From assembly GCA_964372605.1 (NCBI GenBank), contig CAYJUC010000003.1, positions 1 to 35,896 on the forward strand: a stretch of DNA of 35,896 nucleotides, given 5' to 3'. The notes beneath the pieces are model-generated. The model saw nothing but the letters and a program-made list of their open reading frames with translations, was not told the DNA's origin and ran no database searches. This stretch comes from an uncultured bacterium. Lineage in GTDB: Bacteria > Methylomirabilota > Methylomirabilia > Rokubacteriales > CSP1-6. Positions 19,531-27,161 of this stretch are shown here, one piece after another. The position numbers and the translations under genes are program-made. Within the stretch, counting starts at the first letter, position 1. Each line of letters begins with the position of its first letter.

Positions 19531-19578
19531 CACTGCGGTGAATCATCGGGTCGCCGCCGGGAGAGGGGGACTTTACTC

Positions 19579-20919
19579 GTGACCGCGATCGTTTCGTTTG
19601 TCGTCGTAATCGGGATCCTGATTTTGATTCATGAGCTGGGACATTTCTTTGCGGCCCGACGGATGGGAGTCGGGGTCGAGCGCTTCTCCGTAGGGTTCGG
19701 CCCCATCCTGTTCCGCCTGAAGCGCGGCGAAACCGAATACTGCCTCTCGGCCGTTCCCCTGGGCGGATACGTGAAAATGGTCGGCGAAGACCCCCGGGAG
19801 GGCGAGTCCGCGATTCCCGTCGCCCCCGAAAAGTCCTTCGCCCTGAAACCTCTTTGGGCGCGAAGCCTGATCGTGTTCGCCGGTCCGGGGATGAACTTCG
19901 TGCTCGCCGCGGCCATCTTCGCGGCGGTCTTCATGGTCACTGGCCGGCCGGTGCTGCCGTCGGTCATCGGACGGATCCAACCGGGGTCCCCCGCGGCGCA
20001 GGCGGGGCTACAGACCGAGGACCGGGTGATCGCGATGGACGGGAAGGCCGTGGCCCACTGGGACGATCTGGTCAAGGCTCTTCAGTCCTCCCACGGCGAG
20101 ACCGTTCAGCTCACGATCCGGCGGGGCGAGGCCGAGCGGAAGCTGGCCCTGACCCCAGCGCGGACCAAGGTGAAAGATGTCTTCGGTAGCGAGCAGGAGA
20201 TCTGGGATCTGGGGGCCCGGCCCTATATCCCCGCCAGAGTCGGGGAAGTGCTGGCCGGCTACCCGGCCGCCAAGGCGGGCCTCAGAGCCGGAGACGTTAT
20301 GACCGCGCTGGACGGGGCGGCCGTCTTGTCGTGGGAAGAGCTGGCTGAGGGAATCCACAAGCGCCCCGGGCGCAAGGTGGCGCTCAGCGTGCGGCGGGGC
20401 GGGGAGTCGCTGACCATCGAGGTCGTTCCCCAGGCCACGAAACAGCGGTCGCCGTCAGGGGAGGAGACCCTGGTGGGCCTGATCGGGATCAGCCCCGCCG
20501 GAGCCGTCACCTACGTTCGGTCGAATCCCGTCGTCGCCATGGGGGAGGGAATCATCCGAACCGGCGAGATCACCGCGCTCACCGTGGTCGGGCTCTGGAA
20601 GCTCGTGAAGCGGGAGCTTCCGGCCTCCGCCATCGGCGGGCCGCTCCAGATCGCGGTGTCGGCGGGAGAACAGGCCCGGCAGGGATTCACCAGCCTGGCG
20701 TTCTTCACCGCCGTGATCAGCATCAACCTGGCCGTGCTGAACCTGCTGCCGGTGCCCATGCTGGATGGCGGCCACCTTTTCTTTTTCGCCATCGAGTCGG
20801 TGATGGGGCGCCCGCTCTCCGTGCGGAAGCGGGAGCTGGCCCAGCAGGTGGGGTTCTTTCTTCTGGCGCTCCTCATGGTCTTCGCGATGTACAACGACAT
20901 CCAGCGATTCTTCAGATAG
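19579..20919 (+). CDS. rseP: RIP site-2 metalloprotease RseP
   Basis: HELGHF zinc motif in TM1, two PDZ-like regions, and C-terminal NLLPVPMLDGGH. Confidence 0.9.
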   Translation: MTAIVSFVVVIGILILIHELGHFFAARRMGVGVERFSVGFGPILFRLKRGETEYCLSAVPLGGYVKMVGEDPREGESAIPVAPEKSFALKPLWARSLIVFAGPGMNFVLAAAIFAAVFMVTGRPVLPSVIGRIQPGSPAAQAGLQTEDRVIAMDGKAVAHWDDLVKALQSSHGETVQLTIRRGEAERKLALTPARTKVKDVFGSEQEIWDLGARPYIPARVGEVLAGYPAAKAGLRAGDVMTALDGAAVLSWEELAEGIHKRPGRKVALSVRRGGESLTIEVVPQATKQRSPSGEETLVGLIGISPAGAVTYVRSNPVVAMGEGIIRTGEITALTVVGLWKLVKRELPASAIGGPLQIAVSAGEQARQGFTSLAFFTAVISINLAVLNLLPVPMLDGGHLFFFAIESVMGRPLSVRKRELAQQVGFFLLALLMVFAMYNDIQRFFR

Positions 20920-20928
20920 GAGCGGGCG

Positions 20929-23118
20929 ATGACACAAAGACGGAAGACGCGTCAGATTCAACTGGGCGGGGTCAAAGTGGGCGGGGACGCCCCCATCACC
21001 GTTCAGTCCATGACCAAAACCGACACCCGCGACGTGGAAGCAACCGTGCTCCAGGTCTGGTCCCTCGAGGCCGCCGGCTGCGACATCGTCCGGTGCGCGG
21101 TTCCGGACAAAGAGGCGGCGCTGAGCCTCGGCCGGATCAAGCGGCAGATCCGGATCCCCCTGGTGGCGGATATCCACTTCAACTATAAGCTGGCGCTCCT
21201 CGCCCTGGATCAGGGAGTGGATGGCCTCCGCCTGAATCCGGGGAACATCGGGGGAAAGCAGTTCGTGATGGACGTCGTGAAGATGGCTCAGGCGCGAAAG
21301 ATTCCGATCCGGATCGGCGTCAACGCCGGCTCCCTGGAGCGGGACCTGCTGGCCAAGTATAACGGTCCGACGGCCCAGGGAATGGTGGAGTCCGCGCTCC
21401 GCCACATCCGGATCCTGGAGGAGTGCGGCTACCCGGAGATGAAGATCTCGCTCAAGGCCTCCGACCCGGCCATGATGATCGAGGCCTACCGGATGCTGGC
21501 CGATCAGGTGGAGTACCCGTTCCATCTGGGGGTGACCGAGGCGGGGACCCCGACGGTCGGCACCATAAAGTCAGCGGTTGGCCTCGGCACGCTTCTCGCT
21601 GAAGGGATCGGTGACACGATTCGCGTGTCGCTTGCGGCGGATCCGGTGGAGGAGGTGCGGGTCGGGATCGAGATTCTCAAGGCCCTGGGGTTCCGAAAGC
21701 AGGGGCTGACCTTCGTGGCCTGCCCCTCCTGCGGCCGGGCCGATGTGGACCTGGTGAAGCTGGCCAGGGACGTAGAGGAGCGATTGAAAGGGATCACCGC
21801 CGAGGTGCACGTGGCCGTGATGGGATGCCTGCCTTCTGGTCAGCAGGTTGTCACCAGGGCGGGCCCGAAGCCCATTGAGGCCATCGAGGAGGGCGAGGAG
21901 GTCCTGACCAATGCGGGGTCGTATCAGAAAGTGCTCTGGTCAACCAGCCACACCTACGAGGGCGAGCTGGTGGAGGTGCGTCCCACAGGCTTTCCCCCCT
22001 TCCGGCTCACTCCCAACCATCCGGTGTGGGCCTTCCCTCGGCCCTCAAAGCGGAAGGGGGGTAGAGACAAGCGCCGGCATATTCTGAGCGTCCTGGAAGA
22101 GGGGATCGAGCCGAAATGGGTGAATGCCGGCGAGCTTAGTCCTGGATGGGTCTTAGCCTTTCCGGTTCTCCAGGAAAAAGAAGACCGCGCGACGCTGACA
22201 GCCGATGGGCTCGGCGTCATCCCGGTTGACGAGGACTTTCTCACCTTGTGTGGCTACTACCTGGCTGAAGGTACGCTGTCGGGGGAATATGGAAAGCCTT
22301 ACCAGCAGTTCTTCTACTTTCACGAACGGGAGGCCGCCTATGTAGAGAAGCTCCGGACCATCCTAGGAAGCCTCGGGCTCAAATCGAGCCTTCAGCACAG
22401 GCGTCATGCGACCGAGGTCATTACTCACTCCCTCGCCCTGGGAACGCTACTGGAGAGTCTCTTTACGCGAGGGGCGGAGGCCAAGCACCTCCCCGGCTGG
22501 ATGGTGACACTCCCTCACGAGAAACAGCGGGCGCTGATTCGGGCCCTGTGGGAAGGAGACGGCTATCTGGGTTGTGTCAGGGGTTACTGGCGGGCCGCTT
22601 ACTGCACGTCCTCGTGGAGGCTCGCTGTGCAGGTCCACCAGATCGTGCTCCGTCTCGGAATCGCTGCGTTCCTGCATCATCGCGATCAGCGGGGCCGGAA
22701 ACGGAACTGGGTCATTTCGGTCACTTCCAAGCCGGCTCTGGCCCGGCTCCGCCAGGTGCTCGGGCTCCCCGCGACGCTTGAGTCCGACGCCTCCAGGACG
22801 GGGCAGGTGGTGATCGATCAGCAAGCCCTGTATGTCGGCGTGCGCGCGGTTCGACGGATCCCTTACGCTGGCCACGTCCATAACCTGGAGGTGGAGGGTG
22901 TTCATTCCTTCTCGGTTCCTGGCGCGGCCTTGCATAACTGCGAGGTGAACGGCCCGGGCGAGGCGCGCGCCGCCGACATCGGCGTGGCCGGCGGGAAGGG
23001 GATCGGCCTGATCTTTCGTAAGGGAGTCGTCGTGCGGAAGGTACCGGAGGCTCAGATCGTGGATGCCGTCTGGGAGGAGGTCGAGCGGTTCATCGCCGAG
23101 CGGGAAGTTCTCAAATGA
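20929..23118 (+). CDS. ispG: 4-hydroxy-3-methylbut-2-en-1-yl diphosphate synthase (flavodoxin), interrupted in frame by an intein
   Basis: The N-extein (aa 1-299) carries the TIM-barrel motifs (APITVQSMT, LRLNPGNIG, HLGVTEAG) and CPSCGR. The C-extein (aa 671-729) begins CEVNGPGEA. The exteins sum to 358 aa, a normal IspG length; the precursor is 729 aa. Confidence 0.9.
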   Translation: MTQRRKTRQIQLGGVKVGGDAPITVQSMTKTDTRDVEATVLQVWSLEAAGCDIVRCAVPDKEAALSLGRIKRQIRIPLVADIHFNYKLALLALDQGVDGLRLNPGNIGGKQFVMDVVKMAQARKIPIRIGVNAGSLERDLLAKYNGPTAQGMVESALRHIRILEECGYPEMKISLKASDPAMMIEAYRMLADQVEYPFHLGVTEAGTPTVGTIKSAVGLGTLLAEGIGDTIRVSLAADPVEEVRVGIEILKALGFRKQGLTFVACPSCGRADVDLVKLARDVEERLKGITAEVHVAVMGCLPSGQQVVTRAGPKPIEAIEEGEEVLTNAGSYQKVLWSTSHTYEGELVEVRPTGFPPFRLTPNHPVWAFPRPSKRKGGRDKRRHILSVLEEGIEPKWVNAGELSPGWVLAFPVLQEKEDRATLTADGLGVIPVDEDFLTLCGYYLAEGTLSGEYGKPYQQFFYFHEREAAYVEKLRTILGSLGLKSSLQHRRHATEVITHSLALGTLLESLFTRGAEAKHLPGWMVTLPHEKQRALIRALWEGDGYLGCVRGYWRAAYCTSSWRLAVQVHQIVLRLGIAAFLHHRDQRGRKRNWVISVTSKPALARLRQVLGLPATLESDASRTGQVVIDQQALYVGVRAVRRIPYAGHVHNLEVEGVHSFSVPGAALHNCEVNGPGEARAADIGVAGGKGIGLIFRKGVVVRKVPEAQIVDAVWEEVERFIAEREVLK
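21826..22938 (+). mobile_element. Class 1 intein with LAGLIDADG homing-endonuclease domain (371 aa) within ispG
   Basis: Starts with Cys (CLPSGQQVV, block A). Block B TxxH (LTPNHPV). LAGLIDADG motifs LCGYYLAEGT (about 22237..22275) and LIRALWEGDGYL (about 22531..22569). Blocks F/G VHNLEVEGVHSFSVPGAALHN, followed by the +1 Cys (TGC 22939..22941). Confidence 0.85.
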
Positions 23119-23190
23119 ATGCGGAATGTGGAGTGCGGAATGAGTAAGGAGCGTCCCCTTTTCGCATTCCGCATTCCGAATTCGCCATTC
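23117..23190. repeat. Imperfect 26-bp inverted repeat (21/26) built from GGAATG/CATTCC units; candidate ispG terminator or REP-like element
   Basis: The left arm (23117..23142, gaatgcggaatgtggagtgcggaatg) pairs with the right arm (23165..23190, cattccgcattccgaattcgccattc). The 22-nt loop contains AAGGAG and CCCCTTTT. The segment is low-GC relative to its flanks. Confidence 0.55.
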
Positions 23191-23203
23191 CATATTTGAG
23201 AAG

Positions 23204-24898
23204 ATGCGCTGGTCACGGTCATTCATCCCCACGCTCAGAGAGGACCCGGCAGACGCCGAGGCGGTGAGCCACAAACTCATGGTGCGGGCTGGCCTGGTTC
23301 GCCAGCTCGGGGCCGGGATCTATGTCTACCTTCCCCTCGGCCAGCGGGTGATCGACATGGTCAACGCCATCATCCGCGAGGAGATGAACCGGATCGGGGG
23401 TCAGGAGCTCAGCATGCCGATGCTCCATCCGGCCGAGATCTGGCGGGAGTCCGGGCGGTGGGATGCCATCGGCGGCGAGATGTTCCGCCTGAAGGACCGG
23501 AACGACCGGGACCTGTGTCTGGGGATGACACACGAGGAGGTCGTCGCGTGGATGGCCTCGCGAGAGATCCGGTCATACCGGGACCTGCCGCAGATCTGGT
23601 ACCAGATCCAGACCAAGGCGCGCGACGAGGCGCGCCCCCGGTCGGGCGTTCTCCGCACTCGCGAATTCCTGATGAAGGACTCCTACACTCTGGACGCGGA
23701 CGAGGTCGGGCTGGCCAAGGCCTACGATGCCCACAAGGCGGCCTATTGCCGGATATTCGACCGGTGCGGGATCTCCTACGTGGTGGTCGAGTCCGACCCG
23801 GGGATGATGGGCGGGGCGGGCTCCCACGAGTTCATGGCTATGAGCCCAGCCGGGGAGGACGAGGTCGCCCTCTGCGCCAAATGCGGTTACGCCGCCAACG
23901 TGGAGCTCGCTCGCGGCATTCCTGCTTCCCCCGCCTTTCCCGACTGGAGACCGGAAGAGGTCGCCACTCCCGACGCCCGTACGATCCCCGAGGTCTCCGC
24001 CCTCCTCAAAATCCCCCCGGCCCTGGCGATCAAATCCCTGCTCTTCATCAGCGCAAACGGGCCTGTTCTCGCGCTGCTCCGCGGGGATCAGACCCTTCAC
24101 GAGAAGAAGCTGGCCAGGCTGGTGGGTGAAATCCGTCCGGCCCACCCCGAGGAGGTCAGGACGACTTTCGGGGCGGGCGCGGGATCCATCGGGCCGGTCG
24201 GAGTGAGCGTTCCCGTGGTCGCCGACGAGTCCCTGAAGGATGGGGTCTACGTGGCCGGCGCCAACCGGGATGGCTACCACCTTCGGGGAGTCAGACCTGG
24301 CCAGGATTTCCAGCCTCGCTTTGCCGACCTGCACGCGACCCAGTCCGGCGAGGCGTGCCCGCAGTGCGGGGCGCCGCTGGCGGTGGAGCGGGTCATCGAG
24401 GTGGGGAACATCTTCAAGCTCGGGACCAAATACTCCGTGCCCCTCGGGGCCATGTTTCTGGATGAGAGCGGCCGGGAGCATCCCATCGTCATGGGGAGTT
24501 ACGGGATCGGTCCTGCCCGTATCGCCGCGGCTGCCATCGAACAGCACCACGACGCGGACGGAATCGTCTGGCCCTGGAACATCGCTCCCTTTCAGATTCA
24601 CCTCCTGCCGGTGAACGTCAAAGACCGGTCCCAGATGGCAGCGGCCGAGGAGCTTTATGAAGATCTCGTCCGGGAGGGGTACTTGGTGTTACTGGATGAT
24701 CGGGACGAGCGACCGGGGGTGAAGTTTAAGGATGCCGATCTGATCGGCCTTCCCGTGCGGGTCACGGTGGGGACCGCGTTCGTGAGGGAGCAGGTGGTCG
24801 AGGTCCGCTCCCGCCGATCCCGGCAGGATCGAAAAATCGACAAGCGCGAGGTTCTCGTCGCGGTGAGGGAGCTGGCCCGAGAGCTTGCCAAAGCGTAG
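23204..24898 (+). CDS. proS: Proline--tRNA ligase (bacterial type with INS editing domain)
   Basis: MRWSRSFIPTLREDPADAE...; class II motifs (FRLKDR, TREFLMKDSYT, GSYGIGPARI). 564 aa. Confidence 0.95.
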   Translation: MRWSRSFIPTLREDPADAEAVSHKLMVRAGLVRQLGAGIYVYLPLGQRVIDMVNAIIREEMNRIGGQELSMPMLHPAEIWRESGRWDAIGGEMFRLKDRNDRDLCLGMTHEEVVAWMASREIRSYRDLPQIWYQIQTKARDEARPRSGVLRTREFLMKDSYTLDADEVGLAKAYDAHKAAYCRIFDRCGISYVVVESDPGMMGGAGSHEFMAMSPAGEDEVALCAKCGYAANVELARGIPASPAFPDWRPEEVATPDARTIPEVSALLKIPPALAIKSLLFISANGPVLALLRGDQTLHEKKLARLVGEIRPAHPEEVRTTFGAGAGSIGPVGVSVPVVADESLKDGVYVAGANRDGYHLRGVRPGQDFQPRFADLHATQSGEACPQCGAPLAVERVIEVGNIFKLGTKYSVPLGAMFLDESGREHPIVMGSYGIGPARIAAAAIEQHHDADGIVWPWNIAPFQIHLLPVNVKDRSQMAAAEELYEDLVREGYLVLLDDRDERPGVKFKDADLIGLPVRVTVGTAFVREQVVEVRSRRSRQDRKIDKREVLVAVRELARELAKA

Positions 24899-24905
24899 CG
24901 GCCCC

Positions 24906-24934
24906 TTGCCGGGGAAGGGGAGGTGTGCTAAACT
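24906..24934 (+). promoter_or_regulatory. Weak candidate promoter TTGCCG-17-(TGc)TAAACT upstream of the terminator hairpin
   Basis: TTGCCG at 24906..24911, a 17-nt spacer ending in TGC (extended -10-like), then TAAACT at 24929..24934. Confidence 0.3.
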
Positions 24935-24938
24935 CCTT

Positions 24939-24964
24939 AAAAAGTGGGCGTTGCCCACTTTTTT
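24939..24964 (+). terminator. Strong Rho-independent (bidirectional-type) terminator
   Basis: AAAAAGTGGGC-GTT-GCCCACTTTTTT. Perfect GTGGGC/GCCCAC stem (24944..24949 / 24953..24958), a 3-nt loop, a 6-T run, and an A-run upstream. Confidence 0.85.
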
Positions 24965-24986
24965 AGTTGCTGTTGCCAGGGCCCAG

Positions 24987-25616
24987 ATGGAGATGCACGA
25001 GCGGCTCTCGGAGGTGGAGAGTCTGGTCTCTCCGGCGCTCAGTGACCACGGGCTGACCCTCGTGGATCTGGAGTGGCGTCGGGAGGGACGCCAGTGGGTG
25101 TTGCGGTTCTTCGTCGACAAAGCAGAGAAGAAGGGTGGGGGGCCGAAGGGTGGGAAGCCGCAGGCGGGGCGGGAGATCAACGCAGGGAAGCCGCAGGCGG
25201 GGCGGGAGATCAACGCTGGGGGGCCGGAGGCCGGGCGGGAGATGATGCCGGGGCAGGAGATCGAAGCCGGGAAGCCGGAGGCGGTAAGCATCGCTGAGTG
25301 CCAACGCTTCAGCCATGAAGTCGGGGACATCCTCGAAGCTTCCGGGCTCTTCCCCGAGAGTTACGATCTCGAAGTCTCCTCCCCGGGTCTGGATCGGGAG
25401 CTGAAGAAAGAACGGGAATTCCGGTGGGCCACGGGGAAAACCATTCGGTGTTGGGTCTCCCAGGCCGTGGACGGAAAGACCGAGTTCACGGGGCAGCTCA
25501 GGCGCGTCACAGACGACCTCATCAGCCTGGAGGGGTCCGGCGGGCATCTCCATGAGCTGCCAAGGAGGCTCGTGACTAAGGCGCGGCTCGAGCCCGACTT
25601 TGCCCGCCGCCGCTAG
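24987..25616 (+). CDS. rimP: Ribosome maturation factor RimP with a repeat-containing insertion
   Basis: From ATG 24987: MEMHERLSEVESLVSPALSDHGLTLVDLEWRREGRQWVLRFFVDK ... SPGLDRELKKEREF.... The ORF-track start at 24885 lies before the terminator. About 45 aa of G/K/P/Q/E-rich repeats are inserted after FVDK. Confidence 0.85.
   Translation: MEMHERLSEVESLVSPALSDHGLTLVDLEWRREGRQWVLRFFVDKAEKKGGGPKGGKPQAGREINAGKPQAGREINAGGPEAGREMMPGQEIEAGKPEAVSIAECQRFSHEVGDILEASGLFPESYDLEVSSPGLDRELKKEREFRWATGKTIRCWVSQAVDGKTEFTGQLRRVTDDLISLEGSGGHLHELPRRLVTKARLEPDFARRR
25152..25250 (+). repeat. In-frame 33-bp tandem repeat (3 copies plus degenerate tail to ~25283) inside rimP
   Basis: Copies 1 (25152..25184) and 2 (25185..25217) are gggaagccgcaggcggggcgggagatcaacgc[a/t], 32/33 identical, each encoding GKPQAGREINA. 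Copy 3 (25218..25250) is about 75% identical. Confidence 0.9.
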
Positions 25617-25625
25617 GCTCCTCAG

Positions 25626-25644
25626 AGGGGGGCTTCGCCCCCCT
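25626..25644 (+). terminator. GC stem-loop after rimP (possible attenuator/terminator, poor U-tract)
   Basis: AGGGGGGC-TTC-GCCCCCCT, an 8-bp stem, 10 nt after the rimP stop, followed by only TT. Confidence 0.35.
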
Positions 25645-25835
25645 TCCGAGCCTCCCCCCGGGTGCAGTTCGAGCGTGGCGGGCTCGGCCATGCCGTAAGG
25701 CAGGCCACCCCCGGCGCGAGGCCCGAGTTAATGGCGCGGGCAAAGCCCGTGCACGGAGCGGGTGGGCGAGGCTGTTACTGGATTTTGACTTTACTCCGAC
25801 AAGCCGCTAGCCGGCGCGGTCGCAGGCAGGGCAGT

Positions 25836-27161
25836 ATGAACCGGGAACTGATCTACGTCATCGATCAGATCGGTCGCGAGAAGGGGATCGACAAAGAGGT
25901 CCTCTTCGAGGCCCTGGAGTTTGCGCTTCTCTCGGCGTCGAAGAAGACCATGGGGGCCGACGAGAACGTTCGGATGCGCGTCGACCGCGCCACCGGGGAG
26001 TTCAAGGTCCTCTGCGCGAAGAAGGTGGTCCCGAAGGTCAGCGACCTAAAGGTCGAAATCAGCCTGGCCGAGGCGCGAAAGATCCGGCCCGACGCCCAGC
26101 TCGATGAGGAAGTGGAGATCGAGCAGGCCCTCGGCGACTTCGGCCGGATCGCGGCCCAGACCGCCAAGCAGGTGATTCTCCAGCGGGTGCGCGAGGCCGA
26201 ACGGGAGGGCATCTACGCGGAGTTTGTCGGCAAAGAGGGGCAGATCGTTCGCGGCGTGGTTCACCGGATCGAGAGACGCAACGTGATCGTGGAGCTGGGG
26301 AAGGCGGAGGGGATCCTCCCTGAGCGAGAGCAGATCCCGGGGGAGCGCTACAACCCCGGGGATCGGATCCGCGCATACGTCCTGGAGGTCAAAAAGACCG
26401 CCAAGGGACCCCAAATCACCCTCTCGCGCACCCACCCGGCGCTCCTGGCGCGGCTTTTCGAGACCGAAATCCCGGAGATCGCCGAGGGAATCGTGCAGGT
26501 CAGAGCCGCCGCGCGGGAGCCGGGCGAGCGCGCGAAGGTGGCCGTGGCCTCGACCAAGCGGGACGTGGACCCCATCGGGGCCTGCGTGGGACTTCGGGGG
26601 ACCCGCATCCAGGTGATCAGCCGGGAGCTCCGCGGCGAGAAGATCGACATCGTCGAGTGGTCGGAGGATCCGGCCACTTTCATAGCCAGGGCGCTCTCAC
26701 CCGCCAAGGTCAGCTCTGTGTCTCTGCGGGGGGACCAGGAGCGCTCGGTTCTGGTGACGGTTCCCGATCATCAGCTTTCCCTCGCCATCGGCAAGAAAGG
26801 CCAGAACGCGCGGCTGGCCGCGAAGTTGACCGGGCTCAGGGTCGACATCAAGAGCGAATCGGAGCTGGTGGAGGAACGGCGTCGGGAGGAAGAAGAGCGG
26901 GCTCAGGGGCGTCTCGTCCTCGCGGAGTTTCCGGGGGTTGGCCCTCAGCTTGTGGAGAAGTTGGTCGAGCACAGCCTCTTCTCGCCCGCCCGCATCGTTC
27001 GCGCTGGTCTCCCGGCGCTCATGGAGATTCCGGGAGTCGGGGAGAAGAAGGCCGAAAAGATCTTCACAGCCGCCCAAGCCTGGATGACGCAGCAGGATGA
27101 GGCGCTCGCGGCCCCCGAGGCTCCGGCGGAGGATCAGGAGCAAGGGGCGGAGTCGGCGTGA
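25836..27161 (+). CDS. nusA: Transcription termination/antitermination factor NusA
   Basis: From ATG 25836: MNRELIYVIDQIGREKGIDKEVLFEALEFALLSASKK. S1 and KH domains are present (GACVGLRGTRIQ, LAIGKKGQNARLA), with a C-terminal HhH-like region. The ORF-track 58-aa extension is rejected. Confidence 0.95.
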   Translation: MNRELIYVIDQIGREKGIDKEVLFEALEFALLSASKKTMGADENVRMRVDRATGEFKVLCAKKVVPKVSDLKVEISLAEARKIRPDAQLDEEVEIEQALGDFGRIAAQTAKQVILQRVREAEREGIYAEFVGKEGQIVRGVVHRIERRNVIVELGKAEGILPEREQIPGERYNPGDRIRAYVLEVKKTAKGPQITLSRTHPALLARLFETEIPEIAEGIVQVRAAAREPGERAKVAVASTKRDVDPIGACVGLRGTRIQVISRELRGEKIDIVEWSEDPATFIARALSPAKVSSVSLRGDQERSVLVTVPDHQLSLAIGKKGQNARLAAKLTGLRVDIKSESELVEERRREEEERAQGRLVLAEFPGVGPQLVEKLVEHSLFSPARIVRAGLPALMEIPGVGEKKAEKIFTAAQAWMTQQDEALAAPEAPAEDQEQGAESA

